A stretch of 64,000 nt of DNA, taken from contig CAVTZU010000018.1 of the NCBI GenBank assembly GCA_963739305.1, positions 64,001 to 128,000 on the forward strand, read 5' to 3'. This DNA comes from Candidatus Bathyarchaeota archaeon (GTDB lineage Archaea; Thermoproteota; Bathyarchaeia; Bathyarchaeales; Bathycorpusculaceae). Shown here piece by piece: positions 41,247 to 51,627 of the stretch. The position numbers and the translations under genes were made by a program. The notes beneath the pieces are model-generated. The model ran no database searches. It had not been told where the DNA came from and saw only the letters and a list, made by a program, of their open reading frames with translations. Position 1 is the stretch's first letter. Every line of letters starts with the position of its first letter.

Positions 41247-42741
41247 CTTGTCTTTTTCGGTGTCCGTTGAAGCTTTTGATGTAATCATGGACAAGATTCT
41301 TTTTCTGTAGGTATGACCCGTATCTGGCGAGGGCGCTCATTGCTCTTGCGGCGTCTTCTGGTGATGAGTATGCTGGAACGCCTAGTCTGTCGAACCTTAG
41401 CCGTGTGCTGATTGCCATTTCTGTTTCGCCTATGTCGCAGGCTACCATAGGTTTCTCGTACTTGCCTGCAACTGCTGCAACCTTGTCGATGTAGTCCTCT
41501 TTGATTGCTGGAGTGTGATGGAGACCCAGCATTATTACCCCGTTTATCTCGGGTTCTTCAAATACGATTTCAGTAGCAAGTTCGAACATTTCAGACGTGC
41601 CTGAACCCGTTATGTCCACAGGGTTCATGTTCGTGGCAAACTTTGGCAGTCTGCCTTCAGCTTTAAGTTCCTCGAACTTGGCGATTGTCTTTTCAGAGAA
41701 TCGTTTGACGTTCAATCCTTTCGACTCACACTCGTCAACGGCCATTATGCCGGGTCCCCCAGCATCCGTGACTATTCCGACGTTTTTACCCAAGGTGGGA
41801 ATCTGCATTGACAATGCCTTTCCTGCGTGGAAGAATTCGTCCATGTCTTGTGCCCTTAGAATCCCTGTTTGTTCGAAAACAGCATCATATATTCGGTCGG
41901 ATCCGGCCAATGCACCTGTGTGCGAAGCAGCAGCTCGAGCTCCCGCTTCTGTCCTTCCGGACTTCAAGGCTACAACGGGCTTCTTCTCGGTGATCTTATC
42001 GGCAGCTTCCATGAATCTTCTTCCAGATCTTATGTCTTCAACGTAAAGCAGTATTACACTCGTTTCGGTATCATAGTAGAGGTAGCGGAGCATTTCTGCC
42101 TCGTCTACGTCGATTTTGTTGCCGAAACTGACGAATTTGCTGACCCCAGTGTGTAAACCTGCAAGATAGTCAAGTGCTGCCACGCCGAAGGCTCCACTCT
42201 GCGTAACTATTGCTATGTTTCCAGGCATCGGGCGAGGTGTAGCAACAACTTCGTCTCCTGTCGTGAGAACTTTTGTTTCAGGAAGGAACAGCATGTCGAC
42301 GCCTGTTCTGGAATCATAGACACCCAGGCAGTTTGGCCCTAGGACCCGTATTCCCGCTTCTCGGGCAATTGTCGCTACTTGATTTTCGAGATCGTGGTTT
42401 CCGACCTCGCCGAAACCTGCGCTGATTATGACGACGTCCTTGACTTTTTTCACGACAGCATCCATCATTATCTGTGGGACGATGTCTGCAGGGACGACGA
42501 TGACTGCTAGCTCGAGTTCTCCTGGAATCTTCGTGATGGTTGGGTAACACTTGATGCCCAGGATTGAATCTTCATTCGGGTTGACCGCGAATATTTCACC
42601 CTTGAAAACCTGCCGCCGCTTGTTTTCGACGAAGTTTTTGAAGATGACCTGTCCTGCTTTTTCGACTTTTTTTGTTGCTCCGACGATCGCCACTGAACGT
42701 GGATTAAAGAAGGCGTTCAGCGCTTGCACTTTTTCTTCCAT
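41236..42741 (-). CDS. acdA: Acyl-CoA synthetase (ADP-forming) alpha subunit
   Basis: PRSVAIVGA, GPNCLG, TQSGA, SHTGALAG (phospho-His), NPVD. Confidence 0.9.
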   Translation of the reverse strand: MEEKVQALNAFFNPRSVAIVGATKKVEKAGQVIFKNFVENKRRQVFKGEIFAVNPNEDSILGIKCYPTITKIPGELELAVIVVPADIVPQIMMDAVVKKVKDVVIISAGFGEVGNHDLENQVATIAREAGIRVLGPNCLGVYDSRTGVDMLFLPETKVLTTGDEVVATPRPMPGNIAIVTQSGAFGVAALDYLAGLHTGVSKFVSFGNKIDVDEAEMLRYLYYDTETSVILLYVEDIRSGRRFMEAADKITEKKPVVALKSGRTEAGARAAASHTGALAGSDRIYDAVFEQTGILRAQDMDEFFHAGKALSMQIPTLGKNVGIVTDAGGPGIMAVDECESKGLNVKRFSEKTIAKFEELKAEGRLPKFATNMNPVDITGSGTSEMFELATEIVFEEPEINGVIMLGLHHTPAIKEDYIDKVAAVAGKYEKPMVACDIGETEMAISTRLRFDRLGVPAYSSPEDAARAMSALARYGSYLQKKNLVHDYIKSFNGHRKRQVKK

Positions 42742-43592
42742 CGCGGTTTTCCTCGTTGCTTCTTACAAGAACTATGGGTTTATGTTTTGCTCCATCTAGC
42801 ATTTCCCAGCTTACCTCGGTGAAGCCGACTTTGAACTTTTCCGCCATCTCCCAGACTGTTCGCCCTGTGCCAAAACCTCTGGAACGATTGGCAATCTCAG
42901 CGATCCTCAAGGATTGCTCAGCGTTAAGACTGCATCCTGCGACGGCTAGGGGAGTGGCTCTTTTTCTAAGCCTGAGAACTCGTCCGATGACGTATGTAAC
43001 GAAGCCTCCGCCTGATTGAATTCCTCTGGTAGTTGTTGGGCGGGGTGTGAAGTGGAAGTTTCTGAGCGAGTAGGTCTTGTCGGTGTCGACGATCATCACT
43101 GAGACTCTTTTTCCTAAGCGCGAAAGGATTTCTTTTCTGATCGTTTCAGCGATTTCTCCGGGATTTTTCAAGGGTAGACTGACGTATGAGTAGGGCAGGT
43201 TGCTTCCATCGATGGCGCCTTCGGATCCGAACATGAGCGTTTGGAGCAGCCCAGCTTGTTGCAGGGCGACTTGTTTGTGGCGGCTTCCTTCTATCGGATG
43301 GGTATTCTCGTATCTGTTTGAGTAGTCTGGCTTTGAGGTGGCAGGCTGGGCCTAGCACGTAGCCCCAGACTGTCCGCATCCAGATCGTGGCGACGAGTTT
43401 TGCTGTGAGTGTCGGCGCGGTTTGGTTTTCGTCTACTATGTTGTTTGTCGCGGTTGAGATGGCTTTTTCTGACAGGACGATTATGTCGTTGTTGGCTACT
43501 CTTCCATTTATGGCCTGGATGATTTGTTTGATGTAGTCTTGTCCTGGTCTCCAGTACTTTGTTTTGATTGGGAGAACTTTGTATTTGGTCAT
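42704..43592 (-). CDS. Coenzyme F420-0:glutamate ligase (CofE)-like protein, 1-nt frameshift near 43296
   Basis: TKYWRPG, VLSEKAISTA, GAIDGSNLP, MIVDTDKTY; removing one base gives YPSIEGSRHKQVAL. Confidence 0.75.
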
Positions 43593-43642
43593 TGGTTATC
43601 GCGTTGTTGTTTGAAAATCTGCTTGTACTACGCGCGTGTGCG

Positions 43643-44341
43643 TCAGAGTTTTTGGAATTTTTCTTTGATTTCTGTGATGTTGCAGTCTTCGGGTTTCATT
43701 TTTCCCTCTGTGCAGTAGCCGAGTTCGACGCATGTTGGTCCGCAGTTTTCGAAAAGTGTGGGTGTGGCTTTTTTTGCTTGTTTCAGCATTTCTTCGGCGG
43801 TTTGTCTGATTTCCCATTGTGCGCGGCGGCAGCATCTTAGGTTGAAGAAGTGGCGGAGTTCTCTTGCGTTCATTGTTACGATTATGTTGGTTTTTGCGGC
43901 GTTTGGAAGGATGAATCTTGAGTCTTCTTTTGGTATTCCTAGTTTGAGGAGTTTTTGGTAGGTTTCGGATATTTTCTCGAGTGTCTCGGTGAAGACTTTG
44001 TTTGCTTCGTTGTTGGCCGTGATGCTTGGTGGTGTCACGTATTTTTCGAGCGTGTCGTAGGTGACGTAGCGTTGGCTTTGTTGGGTGTATGAGGCGATGC
44101 GGTGTCTGACGAGTTGGTGTGTCATGGCTCTTGAGACGTCTTCGATGCTGAACGTGAACGATGCGTGTTCTATGATTGAGGTGTGTCCGTAGCCAGTTAC
44201 TTTTTTGATTTTTTGTTTGGCTGTTTCGGCGTCTATTTTTTCTAGGATTTCTGTGGGTTTTCCGGCTTTTATGGTGGTTTGGGCTGCTGTGCCGCATAGT
44301 AGTTCTGCGTCTGCGGTGTAGCGGAGCAGTTTGATTTTCAT
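43643..44341 (-). CDS. thyX: FAD-dependent thymidylate synthase
   Basis: GHTSIIEH, HQLVRHRIASYTQQSQRY, MNARELRHF, AQWEIR. Confidence 0.96.
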   Translation of the reverse strand: MKIKLLRYTADAELLCGTAAQTTIKAGKPTEILEKIDAETAKQKIKKVTGYGHTSIIEHASFTFSIEDVSRAMTHQLVRHRIASYTQQSQRYVTYDTLEKYVTPPSITANNEANKVFTETLEKISETYQKLLKLGIPKEDSRFILPNAAKTNIIVTMNARELRHFFNLRCCRRAQWEIRQTAEEMLKQAKKATPTLFENCGPTCVELGYCTEGKMKPEDCNITEIKEKFQKL

Positions 44342-44446
44342 TTTCTAGTCTCCTATCTTTCAATGTGTGGGGGCTCGGCTTTTGTTGAAATAACAATTGC
44401 TTCTGAGAGGATATAAAACAGTTTCAATCGGGCTTTTCGGGTTGGT

Positions 44447-45511
44447 TTAGACGTGCGTGTACATGCGGTCGGCTGTGTATTTTCCTGTCTGCATTTCTTG
44501 TTCTATTTCGCGCAGGAGCATTATTCGTCTGAAGGTTGGTGGGTGGGTTGAGAACCAGCTGTTTATGGTTTTCCAGCTGGATTTTGCTTCTTTTTCCATT
44601 GCGAGTTCGAGTTCTCGTTCGTCGAGGACTCCGTCGTGGTTAAGGTCGTATTCGTCCTTCTTTTCCATTATTTCGGCTATTTCTTGTTTTGCTAGTGAGG
44701 GGTCGCCTATGTAGAAGGCTCTGACGCCTGTTGGTGCTTTAGGGGAGAGTGAGAGTCCGTAGGTTATTTTTGCCAAGGCGCTTTCGAGGCTGTTTGGGTC
44801 GTTTGTTACGTAGGCTGAGTAGGCGTCGGCGTAATGTTCTCGGAGTCGGCTGAGTCTCATTACGGCTAGTAGTGAGATGATGTAGACGACGTACGAGAGT
44901 ATGCCGATGATGAAGAGGGCTGCGCCTATGTCGCCTTCGTTTCTTTGTCTTGATGATCTTCCTGAGAGCCATGCTGTTTGCCATGTTCCTCTTGCGACGA
45001 GGTAGGCGATGAGTGGCAGCGCGGAGATCACGGTCATGACTGCGTAGTCTTTGTGTTTTAGGTGTCCGAGTTCGTGGCCGATGACGCCTTTGACTTCGTT
45101 TTCGTTGAGGTTTCTGAGTAGTCCTTCGTGGACTGCGAGTGTTGCTGAGTGGATTGTTCTGCCGAAGACGAAGGCGTTCGGGGTGTTGTCGGGGACGATT
45201 GCGAGTCTTGGCGGTGGTATGTTGCTTTTGTCGGCGAGTTCTTTCACGGTTGATTCGAGCCATGGGTTTTGTCCTGGTTTGAGGTATTGAAGGTGGGTGG
45301 ACATTCTTACAACGGCGGGTCCGATGAGGTATTGGAAGAGGATGAAGATTGTTGGAAGGGCGACGATGAGGAGTATCCAGTAGTCTAGGCTGATGGGTGC
45401 GACGAATTGTTGGACGATGAGGAGGATTATGAAGAGGAAAGCGACGAAGATTAGGGATACGAGAAGGATGCTGGCGCTCATTGCGAGCTTTAGTTGTCCG
45501 AGTCTTGGCAA
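44447..45511 (-). CDS. htpX: Zinc metalloprotease HtpX (M48)
   Basis: PNAFVFG, HELGH, SRLREHYAD, STHPP. Confidence 0.92.
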   Translation of the reverse strand: MPRLGQLKLAMSASILLVSLIFVAFLFIILLIVQQFVAPISLDYWILLIVALPTIFILFQYLIGPAVVRMSTHLQYLKPGQNPWLESTVKELADKSNIPPPRLAIVPDNTPNAFVFGRTIHSATLAVHEGLLRNLNENEVKGVIGHELGHLKHKDYAVMTVISALPLIAYLVARGTWQTAWLSGRSSRQRNEGDIGAALFIIGILSYVVYIISLLAVMRLSRLREHYADAYSAYVTNDPNSLESALAKITYGLSLSPKAPTGVRAFYIGDPSLAKQEIAEIMEKKDEYDLNHDGVLDERELELAMEKEAKSSWKTINSWFSTHPPTFRRIMLLREIEQEMQTGKYTADRMYTHV

Positions 45512-45682
45512 GGTTTTTCCTCTGTTCCTATGAGTTGAAATCGTGCTGGAATTAAACTTTTCTTACCAACATCTGGGTCCTCTGGGTCGAGGGTTGTGAT
45601 GCTTACTGGTTCGTTGCGTATGCCGCGGATATGTGTGGACCAAGGTGAAGGACTGGTCAACATTCCTTTTGAGTTGAAAGCT

Positions 45683-45798
45683 CTCTAAAACACCCTACCC
45701 CCCTACCTTTTTTTCGTGCGCAGTACCTTTGGAATGGCTTTGAATGGCGGTGGAGCTGGCTATTTGGAAGGAAAAGTTACTGAAAGCCATGTTGACTC
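45683..45798 (-). repeat. 116-bp intergenic element, copy 2 (inverted relative to copy 1)
   Basis: Reverse complement matches 24855-24970 at 105/116 positions; sits at the left edge of the accessory island. Confidence 0.92.
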
Positions 45799-46279
45799 AG
45801 GGGTTCTTGCATAAGTTTGAACGCGTACGGTGTCCAGAAGTGAGTGTCTTCTTTTGATACGTTTGCCAACGCTTGCTCGTGTGCGCTGAACGAGGATTAG
45901 CGGAAAGGCATGGACTTGTTTAACAATTTCGCTGTAACAATCTGTCACAACCAGTTTTTCTTCTGGTTCACGAATTCCCAATATATATAACATCGATTTT
46001 GAGTAACTTTTCAACTTCTGTAGCAGAGAACAATTCTCGGAGGAATGAGCTTCTTTTCTAGGACAAAGGATAAACTATTCCGAGAATACAGTACAAGTTC
46101 AGTGTCAGGGAATTTGTGAGAGCTGTTGGCTAGTTCGCGGTAGAGACAGGGAACAGCAAAAGGAACAAAGCTGGGAAAGGTTAGGCGATTCTTTTTTTGT
46201 TCAGACATCAACAAGCAACCTACCTGCCACTTAGTACTCCAGCGCGCATGCTAACCGATTTTACTCATAGTGAAGGCTA

Positions 46280-47122
46280 CTAGTAGTCTGCTAAGCGCGC
46301 GATTGCACGAAAAGCAACTTGACGCACCCGCACGCTGTTATCGTGGTAGATGATGTCTCGACGTTGGTCCTTTAGGCTTGCACTGAACAAGGGGGGTCCC
46401 CGGTTCCAGTCTCTATTATTGTATTTCTTTTGGTACAAACTAATCGCTGTACGCAATTCATTTGCAGTCAGGCTTCCCTTTATAAGGTTTACACGATACG
46501 TCTTTTCGTAGCCTTTTCTAATAGCATTCTTCGTTTCTTCCATGGTAATGCTTTCCAGAATTTCAGACAGGTTCACCAAGATAGTGTGGGGGTTTTGGAT
46601 CTTAAGAGCGCGTCCTAAAGTGCTAAAGTCAACGTTTACCATCAAGGTGCCGTGATGAAGGATAGCATCATACAGTCTGTGTTGAGCGCTCCCAGAGATT
46701 TTCTTTCTCTCTACTACTATGTTTCCGTTATTGTTGCGAGCTTGAACGCTCAGCATCCCAAGTCCTTCGACGACTCCCCCGCAAAAGAAGCTGTAAGACC
46801 TTTCTACATTCTCGATACCAACGGCCAGAGAGGGCTTCCTGACAATTATCGAATAATTCACATTACCATAGTCATGATAAACAGCCCCACCTCCGGAGAC
46901 TCTTCTGAAGATTCTGATCCCCAGCTTTTCGCAGTCAACAATGCTAGTAACAGACTTGGGATCTTGGAAATGTCCAATGACGACGGCTGGCGGATTCTGC
47001 CACAGACGCAGAGTGTTGGGACCATTATTCTCCAGAACGGATCTTAAAATCGCTTCATCAATTGCCAGATTCATCGCAGGATCTTCGGAACTGTAGTCGA
47101 TCATTCGCCAGTTATCAGTCAT
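46280..47122 (-). CDS. lplA: Lipoate--protein ligase A catalytic domain
   Basis: NLAIDEA, RRVSGGGAVYHD, KKISGSAQ, HHGTL; ATG at 47122. Confidence 0.9.
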   Translation of the reverse strand: MTDNWRMIDYSSEDPAMNLAIDEAILRSVLENNGPNTLRLWQNPPAVVIGHFQDPKSVTSIVDCEKLGIRIFRRVSGGGAVYHDYGNVNYSIIVRKPSLAVGIENVERSYSFFCGGVVEGLGMLSVQARNNNGNIVVERKKISGSAQHRLYDAILHHGTLMVNVDFSTLGRALKIQNPHTILVNLSEILESITMEETKNAIRKGYEKTYRVNLIKGSLTANELRTAISLYQKKYNNRDWNRGPPLFSASLKDQRRDIIYHDNSVRVRQVAFRAIARLADY

Positions 47123-47157
47123 ATCTTGGGCACCTGTAATGAGTTTGGTGGAAGATC

Positions 47158-48240
47158 CTATTTTCCGGGCAATGCGGCCACAACTGCGTTTCTCAGGCAT
47201 TCCCTAGTGGGCAGGGTCTTATCAAATTTCAATTCTCCATTGATGATTATTGCAGGAATTCTGCTGCATTTTTCAGCATCTATAAGGGCTGAGGACAACT
47301 CTGGATAGACTCCATGCTGATTTATCCCCTTTCCTCTCATCCAGACTCTCACTGTGATGTCATCTTGCAAGCCCGACGTGACATCGTTGACAAGATTGAT
47401 GAGCTTACGGCACATTGAAGTCGGAGGATAAGCAACAAAAACTTCAAGCGACGCTTTTCCCATCCCGACGAAGAAGGGTTCTATCCCGTGCACGTTCCAT
47501 TTCTCAAGGTTATATTTGGCTCTGTACAGCAAATTAGTCGATTTCTGTTCGTCTTCTGTTAATTTCTTTTTCAATTCGAAGACTATTCCCAACTTCTTCT
47601 CAAAGCCGTCTATAAGAGCTGTCTTTGCTTCTTCCATCGAAACGTCTTTTCTTAGTTGGCGTTTCAGCGATGTTATCATCAGCTTCTGTTCCGTTGGCTT
47701 TTCAGTTTTGATCATTTTGTTGTAAGCGTTCACGTCAGTATTAACGAGCAGAGTTCCTTGAAATAGAAGGAAATCGTGAAACCATTTTGGCAAAATCCCA
47801 GTCATTCTTCGTTCGCCAATATGAATTCCATCGGCATTCGCCTCAAGTTTGTCACTGAATTTTCGGAGCCCTTCAACGATTGCTGCGTTCAAAATAAAAT
47901 ACTCTGACAGGACAGGCGGGTAATCCGTAGTTCGCGTGTTGAAAAGTGCGGCATTCGCTGTAACAGCAAAATTCAAACTCCCCATATCCATGTAGAAAGG
48001 GTCGGCTGTGACTGATATTGCTCTGATGACTTCAACACCGTGTTTCCTGCATTCCTTTTGGTTGACGTCATCCTTGTATGAACTGCCCGATCCAATAATC
48101 ACAGAGGCTGGGCCTCGCCATAGCCGCAGTGTGTTCGGAGTCAAATTCTCTCTTCTGCTTCTAAAAATGGCCTCATTAATTGCCAGATCCATTCTCGGGT
48201 CGGCTGAACCGAAGTCAAGTAATCTCCATGTCTCAGCCAA
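47158..48240 (-). CDS. Degenerate LplA-like domain fused to a C-terminal thioredoxin-like domain
   Basis: WRLLD...PNTLRLW LplA scaffold with altered catalytic motifs; tail LEVFVAYPPTSMC...IPAIIINGE. Confidence 0.75.
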   Translation of the reverse strand: MAETWRLLDFGSADPRMDLAINEAIFRSRRENLTPNTLRLWRGPASVIIGSGSSYKDDVNQKECRKHGVEVIRAISVTADPFYMDMGSLNFAVTANAALFNTRTTDYPPVLSEYFILNAAIVEGLRKFSDKLEANADGIHIGERRMTGILPKWFHDFLLFQGTLLVNTDVNAYNKMIKTEKPTEQKLMITSLKRQLRKDVSMEEAKTALIDGFEKKLGIVFELKKKLTEDEQKSTNLLYRAKYNLEKWNVHGIEPFFVGMGKASLEVFVAYPPTSMCRKLINLVNDVTSGLQDDITVRVWMRGKGINQHGVYPELSSALIDAEKCSRIPAIIINGELKFDKTLPTRECLRNAVVAALPGK

Positions 48241-48964
48241 GATTGTTCACCCCAAAGTAGGGACACTTGTTTCCTAAACATTCTTTGTTGAGGTTTCTGA
48301 AATAGCAAGGGCGTGGATCTATCGAGTTGAGGGGTCTTATGTTAAATTCTCGTTCGAGGATCTCTGTTGCCTTCTGTACCGCTGAAAAAGTGCTTGCTTT
48401 GCAGCAACGCGGACCGCCAATCTTTGCGATCATGTGAAGGGATTCAGATACAGCTTCCATTGAAAGCGTCCGTTCTTTGTCTGATAGCATGTTGGCTTTG
48501 GTTGCAATGCTCAGGGCTATGCCTACTCCCGCGGCAGCCCCACAGACACCCCAAAGTCCACACGATGCAAGAAGTACTTTTCTTCCTCTTCTTATCGCTT
48601 CGTCAAATGCTGAATCGTTGATCCCAAATGTGCCCAAGTTTCTCCAAGCAGCTAGTAAGGCGCAGCTTACGACGTAGTGGTGCTCAGGGCCATGCATTTG
48701 GACTGCAGGATGCTTCATCAAGAGGAGAACAACTTTCATGGGATCCGTTTCTTTCGTGGCTCCGCAGACTTTGTGGACAAGCGTTTCAGGAGTGGCTAGC
48801 CTGCAGCTTTCACAAATGTAGTGTCCTTCTTCACAGACGTAGTCTGCTTTCTCAGTTTTTCCGCAAAAGGAACATTTCGTTGCTTCCGAGGTCGATCGCA
48901 AGGGCTTTCCACAGACCACACAATGGAATTCTTCCAGTTCTTCTGGAGACTGTTTCTTCTTCAG
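48233..48964 (-). CDS. DUF5714-like Cys-rich metal-binding protein
   Basis: CVVCG, CSFCG, CEEGHYICESC, MHGPEHH, CGLWGVCG, GGPRCCK, CLGNKCPY; probable CTG start after GGAGGG. Confidence 0.8.
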   Translation of the reverse strand: MKKKQSPEELEEFHCVVCGKPLRSTSEATKCSFCGKTEKADYVCEEGHYICESCRLATPETLVHKVCGATKETDPMKVVLLLMKHPAVQMHGPEHHYVVSCALLAAWRNLGTFGINDSAFDEAIRRGRKVLLASCGLWGVCGAAAGVGIALSIATKANMLSDKERTLSMEAVSESLHMIAKIGGPRCCKASTFSAVQKATEILEREFNIRPLNSIDPRPCYFRNLNKECLGNKCPYFGVNNLG

Positions 48965-48988
48965 TGTCTTTCCCTCCGCGCGCGATGC

Positions 48989-50916
48989 TCATCCCTTAAT
49001 CTTGGCTAGAGGCTTTGGCTTACTCAGCAACAGTAAAGCGGAATTGATTACCACCGATATGCATCCGGCTTCTGCAAGAACAACTGCTAGGACTGGATTC
49101 AGGATGCCAAAAGCGGCTAAACTCAATGCAACTATGTTCCAAATGAAGGCGTAAACTATGTTCCCCTTCATTCTGTTAAATGCCTTCCGACTCAGGCTAA
49201 TCGCATACTCAACCTTTGTCAAGTCGTCTCCAAGGAGAGCTACGTCAGCAGTCTCCACGCCACATCGCTGCCAGCCGCACCCATAGCAAACCCAACATCC
49301 GAATTAGCCAACGCAGGAGCATCATTCACGCCGTCACCAACCATCGCGACTATACTGCCTTTTCTCAGCTCCCCAATGGCCTCAACTTTCTGTTCTGGTA
49401 AAAGCTCAGCGCGGTACTCATCGACCCCGATCTGTTCAGCGATGGATTTGGCAGTCCTTGCGTTGTCGCCAGTTATCATGGCAGTTTTGACTCCTAAACG
49501 CTTAAGCCTTAGTATAGCTTCCAAGGAATTCTCCCTGACCGTGTCAGCCACCACGATGACGCCAATTACATTTTTGTCAAGTGCCACGGGAATAGCTGTT
49601 TTTCCCTCGCTTTCAACTTTACTCATCAATTGACTCGCTTCTTCTGAAATCATCCGTTCCCATCATCTTGGTTCCAATCAGGATGTGCTTGTTTCCGTAA
49701 TGAGCATCCACGCCGTGCCCTGGAACAGTTTTGAAGTCTGTAGGATCAGGAATTTTCATGCCTCATCTCAGTTGCCTTAGCGATGATGGCTTTGGACAGG
49801 GGATGCTCTGAGAATTTCTCGGCAATTGCTGCATACTTGATCGTGTCCGCTTCAGAGTAATTTCCGAAGGTTTTTATCTCAACAACCTTAGGTTCGCCTA
49901 GGGTTAACGTGCCAGTTTTGTCGAAGGCCACCAGCTTAATGTCCTTTAGCTTCTCGATGTGTGTGCCGCCCTTGATTATTATGCCGTTCATGCTGGCATT
50001 ACCGATAGTGCCCGCAACAGCGACTGGAACAGCTATGGAAAGCGCGCAAGGGCATGCGACTAAGAGAACAGTCACGGTTCTGGCCAATGCCACGTCAAAA
50101 CCAAGTGCGAAGTAACTCACCGCAAAGACAGAAGATGCCAAAACTGCCATGATTGGCAAGAAGTAAGTGGTAAACCGATCTGCAATGTTCTGTATCGGTG
50201 CTTTTTTCTCTTGAGCTTCTTCAACAAGTTGAATGAGATGAGCAAGCGTAGTGTCCTCAGCGATTTTTTCAACTTTGATTTCCAGTGCTCCACGTTCATT
50301 GAGTGTTCCAGCAAATGTGCGGTCTCCCACCGTCTTTTCTACAGGAATCGACTCGCCAGTTATAGTTGCCTGATTAACCGTGCTGTGTCCGGAAATCACT
50401 GTTCCGTCAACGGGTATTTTGTCGCCTGGTTTGACTAAGAACGATTTCGTCCATCTTGACCTCGTCTACGGGTATTTCAACTTCGGTGCCGTCTCGACGT
50501 ATTCGAGCAGTGGTGGGGCTCATTTTAATGAGCTTCTCAAGTGCGCCTCTTGTTCTATGGATGATGTAGTCTTCAAGCGTCATACCTGCAAGTATTATGA
50601 ACGCCACTATCGCTGATGCCGTGAGGTAACCAACTGCTTCTGCCGTGCCAGTGGCCGATGCCGAAGGCAGTACGAGACCAGCTATTACTGAAATGAAGAT
50701 GGCGATAGTTGCAAACAATTGAGCGGTAACGTTCCCATGCCGCAGGGATCGAATGCCATGCAAATAGATGCGGTAGCCCAAGGCAACGGCGATCAAAGTT
50801 AAAGCAATGCTAATTTCATGCGCATAAGCTACTTGAGTCCCAGATATTAGGGCCCCTGCTAGAATGAATAGCCCAAGTGAAGCGACAAGAAGTACGCCTT
50901 TAAAATGCTCTCTCAT
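48989..50916 (-). CDS. P1B heavy-metal-translocating ATPase, broken by four 1-nt frameshifts
   Basis: TGES, ACPC, DKTGT, SEHPL, TGDN, GDGVNDAP across consecutive ORFs; shifts near 50437, 49763, 49660, 49258. Confidence 0.88.
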
Positions 50917-51173
50917 TGGATTTCCTCTCTCGATACTATCTCGACTTGGTAGCCTAACTTTTCAATGCGCTCAGTGATCTTGGAGAAGCCAATTTTCTGT
51001 GTGTCGTATTCTATGCTGACTTTGCCGGTTATCTCGTCAACTTTGACTTTCGATACTCCGCTTAACCTTGCAAGTGCGTGCCTGAGGTTTTCTGCTGCAA
51101 AGTCTGAAGCACATGCTTTGCACCCTGTGCAGTCTATTTTCGCGGTATTCAAGATCATTTTTTCAACAGTCAC
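50913..51173 (-). CDS. HMA-domain metallochaperone (CopZ-like) with CxxCxxC
   Basis: IDCTGCKAC...L.GVSKVKVD...IEYD...IEKLGY. Confidence 0.8.
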   Translation of the reverse strand: MTVEKMILNTAKIDCTGCKACASDFAAENLRHALARLSGVSKVKVDEITGKVSIEYDTQKIGFSKITERIEKLGYQVEIVSREEIQ

Positions 51174-51224
51174 GTTAAATCACCTTCAGTTTGAGATTTT
51201 GCGTTGTCAAATTGCTCAACCCAT

Positions 51225-51554
51225 TTAACGGCATGTCACATGCTCAATAGCTTCCTTTGTCAAAGTGCCGACAACCTCAGGAGTCAAGCTATCGATAACA
51301 TTGAAAACTCTCTTATCAACAATCGAATACATTCTTTTAGTTCCATCCTTTCGGCACCTAACTATCCCCACATCTTTCAGAATTTTCAGATGCCGAGACA
51401 CGACTGGCTGCATCAATCCAACATACGGTATTATTTCACACACGCACTTCTCCTTTGTGCGCAGGAATTCGAGTATTTCAAGTCTCGTCTGGTCAGAGAG
51501 GGCATTGAAGATTCTTGCCTTCAACCTAATTTGCCTGTCAGTTTCGTGATGCAT
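51225..51554 (-). CDS. arsR: ArsR/SmtB family repressor (CVC motif)
   Basis: FNALSDQTRLEIL, EKCVCEI, QPVVSRHLKIL. Confidence 0.92.
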   Translation of the reverse strand: MHHETDRQIRLKARIFNALSDQTRLEILEFLRTKEKCVCEIIPYVGLMQPVVSRHLKILKDVGIVRCRKDGTKRMYSIVDKRVFNVIDSLTPEVVGTLTKEAIEHVTCR

Positions 51555-51575
51555 GTTTATGGTAGTAATAATAAG

Positions 51576-51594
51576 AATATTTAAATATTGCTAT
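51576..51594. promoter_or_regulatory. Palindromic bidirectional TATA / putative ArsR operator, copy 1
   Basis: AATATTTAAATATT palindrome + GCTAT, 22 nt from the arsR ATG, between divergent genes. Confidence 0.75.
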
Positions 51595-51627
51595 TAATCT
51601 ACTTTCATTCACTCGAGGTAACAATCA

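Noticed and set aside
43596-45263. Long Arg/His/Thr-rich alternative-frame ORFs over thyX and htpX (also 996-1568 over EamA)
   Set aside because: Same skew artefact; they overlap well-supported genes in another frame.
45760-46214. Two short minus-strand ORFs at the island edge as integrase remnants
   Set aside because: No recombinase motifs recognised; no tRNA or direct-repeat att site found.
48964-48991. ATPase TGA stop is in frame with the DUF5714-like ORF (possible selenocysteine or readthrough fusion)
   Set aside because: The TGA is not at a Cys-equivalent position, the ATPase ends at a normal length, and an SD plus CTG explains the downstream gene.
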